Positions 1 through 11,229 of a DNA stretch of 64,000 nucleotides are shown here, piece by piece. Below the pieces are notes generated by a model that had not been told where the DNA came from, searched no databases, and saw only the letters and a program-made list of their open reading frames with translations. The DNA lies in NCBI RefSeq assembly GCF_001194135.2, contig NC_068994.1, forward strand, positions 50,647,025 to 50,711,024. The letters run 5' to 3'. The DNA comes from Octopus bimaculoides. Taxonomy: Eukaryota. Position 1 is the stretch's first letter, and each line of letters starts with the position of its first letter. A program made the position numbers and the translations under genes.

Positions 1-128
1 AACGAATTAGGAAGGACACCCAGCTGTAGAAACCAAGCCAAAAACAGACTATGGAACCAGGTGCAGCCCTTGGCATTACCAGCTCTTATCAAGCTGTCCA
101 ACCCATGCAAGCATAAAAAAATGGACAT
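1..128 (+). mobile_element. Family B retroelement 3' fragment (RTE-type tail)
   Basis: aggaaggacacccagctgtagaaac...ccaacccatgcaagcat matches the family B copies at 9160-9509 and 44655-44850. Confidence 0.7.
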
Positions 129-324
129 TAATTTGAGGGTGAGGATGAGTTCGATAGACTACTGCTGCTCCGACACATTATTTGTCCATGTGCATGTAGG
201 TACAAATTATATGATGCAAACAAAGTCAAGGGGCCACAGACTGCCCAGTGTACACCAAACCCAAGTAACAAGATATCACCAACAGAGCTTTTCACTTTAT
301 ATATATATATATAGATATATATAT

Positions 325-846
325 TATTTGTTTTCAGTCATTTGACTGCAGCCATGCTGGAGCACCACCTTGAGGGGTTTTTAGTCGAACAAATCGACCC
401 CAGGACTTATTTTTTAAACCTAGTACTTATTTTATCAATCTCTTTTGGCTTAACTGCTAAGTTACAGGGACATATATGTGCCAACACCAGTTGTCAAGTG
501 GTGATGGGGGAACAAAACAGACACAAAGACACACACACACATAGATATATACATATATATATATCATCATCGTCGTCGTTTAACGTCCACTATCCATGCT
601 AGCATGGGTTGGACGATTTGACTGAGGACTGGTGAAACTGGATGGCAACACCAGGCTCCAATCTGATTTGGCAGAGTTTCTACAGCTGGATATATATACA
701 ACTTCTTTCAGTTTCTGTGTACCAAATCCACTCGTAAGGCTTTGGTCTGCCCAAGGCTATAGTAGAAGACACTAGCCCAAGGTGTCACGCAGTGGGACTG
801 AACCTGGAACCATGTGGCTGGGAAAGAAGCTTCTTACCACACAACC
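325..846 (-). mobile_element. Family A tRNA-derived SINE, interrupted by a family B copy
   Basis: 3' end (ttcagtcatttgactgcagccatgctggagcacc) at ~330 and tRNA-like head (gggactgaacctggaaccatgtgg...ttaccacacaacc) at ~790-846; collinear with 2176-2566. Confidence 0.85.
564..690 (-). mobile_element. Family B 3' end with (GAT)n tail
   Basis: catcatcatcgtcgtcgtttaacgtccactatccatgctagcatgggttggacg; near-identical to 25139 onward. Confidence 0.8.
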
Positions 847-1242
847 ATGTATGTATAATTTCTTACTTCAGTCATTGGAATGCAGCTATGTTGAGGAACC
901 ATCTTTAACGATTTAATCAATTCAATTATCCCCAGTACTAAATGTAAATCTGGTACTTGGTTCATTGATCTCTTTTTGCCAGAATAGCAGAGGAGAGCAG
1001 TAGGTGGAAGCAATGACTTCAAGAATGATAAGAAATGGAAGTGGAGGGATGTAATATGTACCTATTCTGCTCAACACAGATAGAGAAATCATGGGTATTC
1101 AAGGATGAGATGCAGTGGGGTAAATGCTTGCCAGAGCAGAGAGGGAGGAGGAGGGACAGGGCCTCACTTGTACAAGCATAACCAAGGTGGTTCTAGGATA
1201 TCATTTCCATGGTGATGGAGAGGTTTTCTCAACCAAGATTTG

Positions 1243-1390
1243 TGATGTCACAATTCATTTCTACAGCTGAGTGAACTGGAGCAACATGAAATAAAATGTC
1301 TTGCTCAAGAACGCAACACACATCCTGGTCCAGGAACTGAACTCACTGTTTCATGATTGTGAGCCTGATGCTCTAACCACTGAGCCATGA
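1243..1390 (-). mobile_element. Family D tRNA-derived SINE, 5' part
   Basis: Minus strand tggctcagtggttagagc (A box) ... gagttcagttcc (B box), then cttgagcaagacattttatttca shared with 4524-4870. Confidence 0.7.
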
Positions 1391-1517
1391 ATCCATACAT
1401 GATCTATTACTCTGTGGCATTGGAATCAACTGGGAAAAACAGTTATGTCATTTGTGATAATTCAAATGTAATTCTACCGTGTGTATAGTTCAGGCTAAAA
1501 GCATAACCTGTGATTAA

Positions 1518-1715
1518 CCCTTTAGCATTTAAACTGGCCATATCCAACCCAAATGTTCCACGTATTTTATATCCAAACTGACCAGAGCTAGCCTCTTATA
1601 CCTATCCTACAATTCCATTCTAAAAGTAGACAATTGCATCTCTGAGATCTTGAAGCTACAAGATTTTATGCATTGTTAATTCAAAACAATGTGAATAAAT
1701 AAACATTACATTAAA
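1518..1715. mobile_element. piggyBac-type MITE family PB1, right end eroded
   Basis: TTAA followed by CCCTTTAGCATTTAAACTGGCC; body matches the reverse complement of 15662-15858. Confidence 0.7.
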
Positions 1716-2175
1716 TGAAGCAGTATTAAATGGGAGTATTATAATATTATAGCAGCATAAATAGAGATAGGTGCTTTGTTGGCTATCTTTAACAGTGGCA
1801 TGAATACAAATGATGATGATTGGCATCACTGAAAAGCTGATAAATCCAGAAACTTGCTGTTATGCTCACCAAGCACTTAATGATCTAAAGTTAAGATAAA
1901 ATTAGGAAACAAGTTTAAGTAATTAAGATCTAATGTCATGAAATAATGAAGCAAGTTAACCCCTTGCCTTTTATGTATCACATGTGATGCACAGGACAAA
2001 GCTGTATCAGTGATGAGGGTCCAAGTATCTGTTCTTCCTCTCACATCAGTTGCTTTTGAAAGAATGCATTTCACCCATTTGATACCAAACCGTTTGAAAC
2101 TGCCATTAGTTCTTCTGTACAAATTCCATATTTTAAAGTGATCTAAGTTTCAAAAGAAGAATCAGAATTTCGTGT

Positions 2176-2566
2176 TACTCTTTTACTCTTTTATTTGTTT
2201 CAGTCATTTGACTGCGGCCATGCTGGAGCACCGCTTTTAGTCGAGTAAATCGTCCCCAGGATTTATTCTTTGCAAGCCTAGTACTTATTCTATCGGTCTC
2301 TTTTGTGGAACCGCTAAGTTACAGGGGACGTAAACACACAAACATCGGTTGTCAAGCGATGTTAGGGGGACAAACACACACATATATATACATATACATA
2401 TATATATACGACAAGCTTCTTTCAGTTTCCATCTACCAAATCCACTCACAAGGCTTTGGTCGGCCCAAGGCTATATATAGTAGAAGACACTTGCCCAAGG
2501 TGCCACGCAGTGGGACTGAACCTAGAACCATGTGGTTGGTGAGCAAGCTATTTACCACACAGCCAC
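2176..2566 (-). mobile_element. Family A SINE, full length
   Basis: Head gtggctgtgtggta...ggttcagtcccac (A/B boxes), CORE-like ccttgggcaagt, internal (TA)/(TG) microsatellite, 3' end gcagtcaaatgactgaaacaaataaaag. Confidence 0.9.
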
Positions 2567-2819
2567 TAAATGCTACAAATCATTCACATTCACCTTCGTT
2601 GGCCAGTTGAACACATTTTTCTTTTTTTACTCATTTCAGTCATTTGACTTTGGTCATGCTGGAGCACCAGCTCTCTGTAAATTGTATTGAGCTTACAACT
2701 TTGGTATTTCTTTCAAGTGAACTCATTCTCAGACATTAATACTGCACATTATATTTAGTGTGTGACATGTAAAAGGCACCCACTACACTCTTAGACTGGT
2801 TGGCATTAGGAAGGGCATG

Positions 2820-2946
2820 AATGAGAACCCAGGTTCGAAATTTCCCCGAGACACCTGATGAAGGCTGGAGGGTATATCAGCAGAAACATTGTGTTAACAA
2901 CAAACAAGATGAGGACAAATATTTGTCAAATGTAAATAATGTAAAT
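2820..2946 (+). mobile_element. Penelope-like element end with decayed minimal hammerhead motif
   Basis: GACAC-CTGATGA-aggctg...cagca-GAAAC-att-GTGTT at 2850-2895, followed by a short tandem tail tgtaaataatgtaaata. Confidence 0.55.
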
Positions 2947-3744
2947 ATTTTCTTTTTTTTTTTGTTTTTTGTTTTTTAACAAACATAAAACATAGGCCAT
3001 GTGCATATCTTCTGATCCACTAGGTTGGTGAAAGAACCACTTCCTCTGTACATTTTTAGAATACTCAAAACAATTATTTTGTCTCCTCCTACATACGTAT
3101 GCATCCGTGTATTATTATAAGTCTAGATTTGTTTATTGTTCTTCTTGCCTATTTGTTAGCTTCTTTCAATTCCTCCATAATAAGGAAATTGCTTTTCTGT
3201 TTATATAAATAAATATGTTTGTTTGTTTTTTTTCTTTTTGTTTTCACGTTGGGCTTTCAAAGATACTGATAATAAATTTGTAAACATTTAGTCATCTATG
3301 CTTAGTGGTGAAAAGGCTTAACTCATCTATCTTGCACTTCCTCTGATAACATCTATCATTTCCAGCCAGGATATATCCATAGGAGCCCTACTGGCCTAAC
3401 CTTTGGCCAAAACCTAACGACAAATTCCCTCAGCTTATAATGACCACCATGTCCATCTCGAGCAACGGCCTCTCAGCAAAAGAGTCCCATGCTAGTCATC
3501 CTTCCACTCACATGACCTCCCTTGCTCCTCCTCCTCTCCTGTCAAAGCCCTTCAGCTGTTCATGTGACATCACTGACCCTATACTTCTGGCCCCGCCTCA
3601 GTCCATCATCCATTTTAGAAATGGGTTTAACCCTTCAACTGGAAAATTAAACTTTGTAGTTATTCCAGTAAATGTGTTAAATCATCATCATCATCATCAT
3701 CATTTAATGTCCGTTGTCCATGCTGGCATAGGTTGGATGGTTTG

Positions 3745-4067
3745 AGTGGATTTGGTAGACGGAAACTGAAAGATATAACACATACATGTGTTATATGTTT
3801 GTGTGTCTGTGTTTGTCCCCCCGACATCGCATGACTACCAATGCTGGTGTGTTTACGTCCCCGTAACTTAGCGGTTCAGCAAAGGAGACCGATAGAATAA
3901 GTACTAGGCTTACAAAGAATAAGTCCTGGGGTCGATTTGCTTGACTANNNNNNNNNNGTACTAGGCTTACAAAGAATAAGTCCTGGGGTCGATTTGCTTG
4001 ACTAAAGGCGGTGCTCCAGCATGGCCACAGTCAAATGACAGAAACAAGTAAAAGAGTAAAAGAGAGA
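3745..4067 (+). mobile_element. Family A SINE, 5'-truncated
   Basis: gagtggatttggtagacggaaactgaaag...ggcggtgctccagcatggcc...; contains a 10-N gap with duplicated flanks. Confidence 0.85.
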
Positions 4068-4523
4068 TATTTGGCTTATATTTAATTTTTTTTTTTCATT
4101 TTATATATTACCAGGTATGTTAAACACAATGTCAGTTAAGTGGTAAATATTAAGTTGCTAGACTACTTAAGTGTTCCACATAACCAACATGTAGACCACT
4201 CACTGATCACTTTGTAATTGTTTCAAATCGGTAATCTACTTTTTATTACTAAGTCATTGTCCTGCTGCTAAACAAGGAAATAGTTCAGTTAGCTAGCATT
4301 AATATATCTAATGCAGAGATCGTTATTGTGTTAACTAGAAATAATTATGTTATGAGAACAAAAAAAAAAAAAAATTGTCAATTGCATATATTATATTATT
4401 TCAGTAAGTATGGGAGACAACTCTGGACATGTTCAAGTATTATTAAGACCTCGTCAATGAAGCATAGATTTCACTGCACTTGCTCTCTTTTCCAATTTTC
4501 CTGTCAGGATGATCTTGAGCAGT

Positions 4524-4870
4524 GACTCATGGTGCATTGTGGGTCCAAAGTATGATTGTTTTGGGGGCTCAGACCAGGCTGTTTGTTGTGTTCTTGAGCA
4601 AGACACTTTATTTCACATTGCTCCAGCTCACTCAGCTGTAGAAATGAGTTGGGACGTCACTGGTGCCAAGCTGTGTCGGCCTTTGCTTTTCCCTTGGATA
4701 ACATTGGTGGCATGTAGAGGGGAGGCTGGAATGCATGGGCAACTACTGGTCTTCCATAAAAAAAACCTTAGGTTGTGCGTTCGCTGGTGAGGCAACTTTC
4801 CGCCCAGACTTGTACCTCGGAGGGGGACCTTTTAGGTGCATCCATGGTCATTCATGACCAACGGAGTCAA
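4524..4870 (+). mobile_element. Family D SINE
   Basis: ttcttgagcaagacactttatttcacattgctccagctcactcagctgtagaaatgag shared with 1243-1390. Confidence 0.7.
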
Positions 4871-4894
4871 GAGAGTTTTATATGTGTGTATATA

Positions 4895-4927
<33 letters not shown>

Positions 4928-5756
4928 TACTGCTTTCAGTCAATGGATTATGGCTATGCTTAGGCATCAGTTTATCCCTAGATACACATAGTGCTCGTAG
5001 GTCATAGCTGGAATACTTTCGGTCAGGCTGACACCTATGGCAATAACCCATGGCTTTTGCTATTTTATGCCTTCCACCAACAGTCTCCAAGCCCCTGAAA
5101 TGTCATGGACTCTCCTTTGACAAAAACCATTTAAAATAAATAAAATAATAAATAGCCGTTAACACACTTCAATTTTTACTTTTACTGACTCTACCACTAT
5201 TCCTCTTCAAATTCCAATGGTTATATTGGATTATCAGAAACATGTCTTTCTTCTATCCCACTCTTCTACATTTTCAATTCTCTAATGTATTTCCTTAAGG
5301 ATTTCACTCTCTTTCCCTTGCTCCTGCATCATCACTTTTCTGTTTTGCTTCTTAGGCTATTAAGCTTGTTCCTCTCTCTCTCGCTAGCTCCCTCCCTTTT
5401 TCTCTCCCATTAATGACCTTCTCACATTCCATCTTGTCCTTACCCTTTCTAGTGACTGTTCTGACCCCCTTTTTAAACATTTGGCATGCCATTACACTTA
5501 ACTTATATTGCCTCAAGTCTTCGAATTCTTCAAAGGTCTAATTCCTATGAGCTTAATTTTTTTTCCCATTTTCATTATTTTTTTTATTACTTTTCCATTC
5601 ACTCAACAAATCTTTATAGTACAATGTACACACTGTTTCTCAAATGCATAGATGAACTATCTACTTCAATTTAAAATGATTTCTTTTTCGCTTTTTTTTT
5701 AATTAACCAATGAAAGACAGCCTCTCATAAGCATTTTTTTTTCTTATGTGGAATAT

Positions 5757-6107
5757 TGCAGGCATGGCTGTGTAGTTAAGAATTTCTCTTCATAATCACA
5801 TGGTTCTGGGTTCAGTCCCATTGCCTAGCACCTCAGGCATGTGTCTTCAACTACAGCTCTATTTTATGAATGAAATTGGTAGATGAAAACTGTATGGAAG
5901 CCCAGTATGTGTGTGTGTGTCTTCAAACTACTTGATGACTAGTGTTAGTTTGTTTACATCTTTGTAACTTAGCAGGTCAGCAAAAGTGTCTGACAGAATA
6001 GGTTAAGTACTAGGCTTAAAAAAATATAAACTGTAATTAATTTGTTCAATCATTGAAGATGATACCCCAGCATGGGCCATAGTCCAGTGATTGAAATAAA
6101 TAAAAAC
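5757..6107 (+). mobile_element. Family A SINE, diverged
   Basis: ggcatggctgtgtagttaag...gggttcagtccca head; ccagcatgggccatagtcc...gaaataaataaaaa 3' end. Confidence 0.8.
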
Positions 6108-6426
6108 ATAGAATATGTGTACACATTAACACTTTCTAATAGATTGTTATACACACACACACACACACACAGATAAGTGAGTGTATGTATTATGGGTAAC
6201 AGAGGAGTGAACCATCAGCTATGAATAAGTAAATAAACTGTACTTTGGGTGATAGAGTACATTTCCTTTCATTTGTACCTTTTTACTTAACTAAACACAT
6301 AAGGTTGCATCTCAACATACCTCAGTACTGAAACAGAAAATAGTGTTTGGTCTTTGTAACTTCCAAGGTCTTAGTTTTCCATTATCCTCCAATGCTTCAA
6401 CCATCCGGTGTCTACAGAGGAGTCTC

Positions 6427-6990
6427 GGATCTATTTTAAAACGGGGGCCACAGTATTTTCTTAATGAAACACTTTGAAACTTGGAACACTGGTAGAATGT
6501 GTCATATAAAACATCTTTTTCTCTTAGTCTTCTTAAAAAAAAGAAGAAATCCCTAAGTTATTCCATGTTAAAGTTGTCGTATTTCTGTAATTTCAACCAA
6601 TCACTGACGTCCATTCAGCCGATATACATTAAGTGCCGACTACATAAACAAACGATTCTGAAACAATTAACCCTAACCCTAACCGTAGGGTTAGGGTTAA
6701 AGCAAATTTAAAATGAAAAAAGCAAATAAAACGAAGGTATGGAAATTAAATACACTTTACATCGCTTAATGAGCCAAAGGAGTAAATGTAAACAACTGAA
6801 TACTTGTCAGTGATTGGTTGAAATTATCGAAATAAGACAATTTTTTACATGAAATAAATTCAAATACAAAAATATTTTTCTGTTCTATAACACAAAATAG
6901 ATAAGTATACGAAGTTTGAAAGTCTTTCGGTACCAAAAACACTACGTAAAACATTAATGAAAACTGTGGCCCCCGTTTTAAAATAGATCC
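6427..6990. mobile_element. Intact 564-bp MITE with 28-bp perfect TIRs and 8-bp TSD (Merlin-like)
   Basis: TIR GGATCTATTTTAAAACGGGGGCCACAGT at 6427-6454 and its reverse complement at 6963-6990; TSD GGAGTCTC at 6419-6426 and 6991-6998. Confidence 0.9.
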
Positions 6991-7340
6991 GGAGTCTCTA
7001 TTTGGTTGCTTGGTCTACTAAAAATAACAGCTAAGAATCTCCCTTCATAAAAATGAAAGGTTACATCGGTTAAGGTCCTAGATGTCTTATAAGGAAAATG
7101 CCTAAAACAATTTTTTTTTCGGTCATAGGTTTCCTCAATCAGAAATGACTTGAAGCTGAATAACAACTGCTTCAAAACCTCCCCATTGCTTATTTGAATA
7201 GGTTACTCATGGCTATTTCAACTCGTCTGTATGAGTTTGTATGTATATAAGAAGAAATAAGAGGGACATAGACTGACTGTATTCATACACGATGCTTACA
7301 TGCTTGATTAAATACTTCACAAAACCTTTTTGTTTTAGAA

Positions 7341-7562
7341 TAATAAATGAAATGAGGAAGGCTTCTAACAATGCAGAGGTGAAAGTTGAAAAGCCTTTAT
7401 ATATTTTGAGTACAAAGTTCCATCTTCAGAAGGGTACAGTCAAGGTCACACACATTTCTTTAACTGAACCCTTCTGAAGATGGGCCTTTACGCCCAAGAT
7501 ATAAAAAGGTTTTTCAACTTTCATCCCTGCATTGTCAGAAGCTTTCTTCATTTCATTTATTA
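7341..7562. repeat. 100-bp-arm inverted repeat (85% identity), 22-nt spacer
   Basis: Manual alignment of 7341-7440 with the reverse complement of 7463-7562 gives 15 mismatches and no gaps. Confidence 0.9.
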
Positions 7563-7717
7563 CTTTACTTCTATACTACAACGCTTCAAGCAAACTACAA
7601 CACACTACATTTTTTTTTTCACCCTGTTTTCTGAGCTATTTTACCTTTGTCCTCATGTCACTGAAAAAAACAATGTTCCCCCACCCATTCACTGTTTTTA
7701 TTTAGCCAATATTTTAC

Positions 7718-8158
7718 TTGTTTCAGTCATTATTGGACTCCAAGCTATGCTGGATTTAGCCAACTTGGCCTCAGTATTTGATGTTTTTAAAACTTTGGTG
7801 CTTATACTAATTATATCATGCATGGGCAACCTGCAGCCGTTGAGGAGTTTCTAGGTTACTAATTTCATGCTAGGACAAATAAAATTTCGTACTAAGACAA
7901 ATAAACTTTCAAACTTAGACGAATAAAATTAAGACCTTCAAAAAATTCAGTGTAAAATGAGCAAGTAATATTTCATGCATATGTGTTTTATCATGTGGCC
8001 CCTCTCCCACTTGGAAATGGTACGATGCGGCCCCCATTTGACGAAAAGTTGCCTATCCCTGATTTATATCTTTTTGCTGAATCGCTAAGTTATAGGGATG
8101 TAAACAAACCAACATCAGTGGTCAAGAGATGGTGGGGGAACAAACACAGACACACGCA

Positions 8159-8210
<52 letters not shown>

Positions 8211-8370
8211 CACATACACATGACAAGCTTGTTTCAGTTCCATCTACCAAATCCACTCACAGGCTGTATTAGAAGAAGACACTTGCCCAAGGTGTCACAC
8301 AGTAGAAGTGAACCCCAAACCATGTGGTTGAGAAGCAAGCTTCTTGCCGCACCGCTGTGCCTAAGCCTAT
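7718..8370 (-). mobile_element. Family A SINE interrupted by a hAT MITE
   Basis: 3' end at ~7718-7810, remainder 8062-8370 including the tRNA-like head; MITE inserted at 7817-8061. Confidence 0.75.
7817..8061. mobile_element. hAT-type MITE
   Basis: Ends catgcatgggcaac / gttgcctatccctg; 8-bp flanks aattatat and atttatat (7/8); second copy at 33107-33293. Confidence 0.8.
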
Positions 8371-8911
8371 GTTCAGATTTTGTTGAGAATTTCTACTGAC
8401 ATAGTTTTGCATGCCAGTTATGAAAATCACAACCATTTTTGCGGGAGAAACCAACAATAAAAATGTTATGAACCTGGAACTTTGTAGTTGAGAATCAGAC
8501 TTCTAACCACACAGCCACGCCTGAAAAATAAGAATAAATCAAAAATCTATTTTAAGTGATAAAGAATAAAGAAAATCTTATTTATCAAATTCTTTGAATT
8601 CATTTCTTAAATGTTGGTCATAAGGCAAATAAATATTCCAACTTGATTTATTTATTTTTAATACAAGAATATAAATGTTATTGTTGTTTGTAAACCCCAT
8701 ATGCATAATGTGACACTAAACACTTGGCTATCTCATTCTCCCATGGGATGCAACTCTTTGAAATTCCCTCCTTCTTCGTTGTTCTTTACTGTAAACAGGA
8801 AATATACAAACCAAATATTTAATTGTCTGAAACTCTGTAATTCCCTATTCTGGAATGTCCTGCAATGGTCATGAACATTGCAGCTCCTCTTCTGACTAAC
8901 TTGTTATATAT

Positions 8912-9156
8912 ATCATCATCATCATTTAATCTCCGTTTTCCATGCTGGCATGGGTTGGATGGTTTGACTGAGGTCTGGAGAGCCAGTGGCTGCACCGGGC
9001 TCCAATCTGATCTGGCAATGTTTCTACAGCTGGATGCCCTTCCTAACGCCAACCACTCCAAGAGTGTAGTGGGTGCTTTTTATGTGCCACTGGCACAGGA
9101 GCCAGTCAGGCAGTCCTGGCATCGACCATGTTCGGATGGTGCTTTTTACCTGCCAT
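8912..9156 (-). mobile_element. Family B element
   Basis: (CAT)n tail, ccatgctggcatgggttgg, gctggatgcccttcctaacgccaacc. Confidence 0.85.
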
Positions 9157-9159
9157 TCA

Positions 9160-9507
9160 ACCAGCGTCGCCTTCCTGGCACTTGTGCCGCAGCTTCACGT
9201 AACTGGCACTTGTGCCGGTGGCATGGGAAAAGTCATTTGAATGAGATTGTTGCCAGTGCCGCTGGACTGGCTCCTGTGCAGGTGGCACATAAAATACACC
9301 ATTTGGAGCGAGGCCGTTGGCAGTACTGCCTGACTGGCCTTCTTGCCGGTGGCACGTAAAAGCACCCACTACACTCTCAGAGTGGTTGGCGTTAGGAAGG
9401 GCATCCAGCTGTAGAAACTCTGCCAAATCAGATTGGAGCCTGGTGTAGCCATCTGGTTTCACCAGTCCTCAGTCAAATCGTCCAACCCATGCTAGCATGG
9501 AAAGCGG

Positions 9508-9509
<2 letters not shown>
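9160..9509 (+). mobile_element. Family B element, inverted partner of 8912-9156
   Basis: ggttggcgttaggaagggcatccagctgtagaaac...catgctagcatggaaagcggac. Confidence 0.85.
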
Positions 9510-9557
<48 letters not shown>

Positions 9558-11229
9558 GAGAGATACAAACACACACATTAAATTGGAGAGTCTTTGATTG
9601 CATATGTCTACTGGATTAGGTATGCTCTTGGGCTAAACCAGATCTATACCTCTCTTGTAGTTGCTGTTGTATTGAAGAAGAAAATCTCAGTTGTTGCCAC
9701 CAAATGGCAATATGTTGTTATTGCTGGTGTTTGGCCCATGCCAGCCTTGACTAAGCAGATCAGAGAGGTTACATCTATAGCCTACTCATGTTTTCTTTTG
9801 TTACCCCACCCCAATAATTATAGCCCTACATTAATTGTGTTTGTAGGATGTGATGGTGGGGATTGATTTGACTGCTGTTATTTATAACAGGTTAAACCAC
9901 CAATATAGAGCAATCTTTTTTTTTCTGAGCTTCTGACTCGCCCCAGCTTGTACCCTAGTCTCTAGATCACAAGCATCAGTCGTATTATTCTTAACTAGGT
10001 CACTTCAGTTACATAATACATTCCATAAAGCTCTCTTGAATATGGTTAGTGTTATTTCGGTTACTTAAAGCATATAATTACATATAAAGTAATGCAATCA
10101 GAATTCTCTAATTAGCAATACGTAAGATTATGTGGGGAAATAATTGTGACTATATTGTTATACAAAAGGGCTATTGTATTTTCTGCATTGGAATGAGGAC
10201 ATTTATTTATCTCTATATATGTTTGCAAATTTGTTTGTTTGCTTTCCCATGTTAGCATGGGTTAGATAAATATACTATTTGGGGCATTATTTTAATAGCT
10301 GGACGTCTTGCCTGTCACAAGTAAGGGACCACTTATTTCACACACCTTCAAAGATGTGAGAGAAGCAGACAGTACCAATAAGTATCTTTTGTAGCAACCT
10401 TTGTTGAGCACAGATATAAACAACCACACAACACACACATTCAGATACACATGCATATATACAGACATATGCACCAGCATGTATGCAGATACACATGAAT
10501 ATACAGACTCACACAGCAAACACATACACACACACACAAACAAAAGGCTACACAGGCTTCTTTCTGTTTCCACCTATCAAATTCACTCACAAGGTATTGC
10601 TCAGACATGGTGTGTATAAAGAAGGCTCTTGAGTAAAGAAGTGCCAAGTGATCCAAGAGAATAGAAACCTGCTGGTTCCACTTGGAACACTCACAGAAGA
10701 AGAAAACCGAAGAAGACAGGAAAGGAAGTGATGAAAGCTGATCTTCATAGTTTGAATTTCACAGAGGAAATAACAAGGACCCATGGCATCACATCAAGTG
10801 GTGGCTTATTGTACTAGAAAAGGCCCATCCAGTTTGTGCTAGTATGGAAAAAATAGGCCTAAAATGATATCTGGTCTATTTGTGTTTACATATCTTTCAT
10901 CCAAGCATATCAGTAAAAGATGTAGCCATAGTGAGATAACCAAATACCAAAAGCACTCTTTGGTATTTAGAACAAATGCCAAACTGTGCTTTGGTATTTG
11001 TTCTATCTTAACTGCACAGACAATTCCTTGTGATTCTTGCCACCAGAAATGCAGTGAACCAGTGATTGACCTAATGAAAACCTGTAACCAATGTTGTTAT
11101 TGCTCGCCAAATGTGATATATAATTTTAAAAAAAATAAAATGAAATGTGTCTACAGAGTGACAGACTAACATTTCAACAGTAATTAGGTTTATTCTCTTC
11201 TCTACTCTCTCTTTCTCTCTCTCTCTCTT

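Noticed and set aside
2515-2566. tRNA-like A/B boxes here and in many other SINE heads
   Set aside because: SINE heads, not tRNA genes; no full cloverleaf can be drawn.
3290-3650. GC-richer segment with the 101-aa ORF 3440-3745
   Set aside because: Probably an old LINE remnant on the minus strand, but no motif survives clearly enough to call.
3901-4004. Apparent tandem duplication inside a SINE
   Set aside because: Identical sequence on both sides of a 10-N gap; typical unmerged contig overlap.
4405-4460. Possible exon SMGDNSGHVQVLLRPRQ*
   Set aside because: The acceptor overlaps a GTAAGT motif, no linked exon was found and the peptide is not recognised.
8865-9462. 164-aa and 101-aa ORFs
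   Set aside because: They lie entirely within family B repeat copies; frames are not shared between copies.
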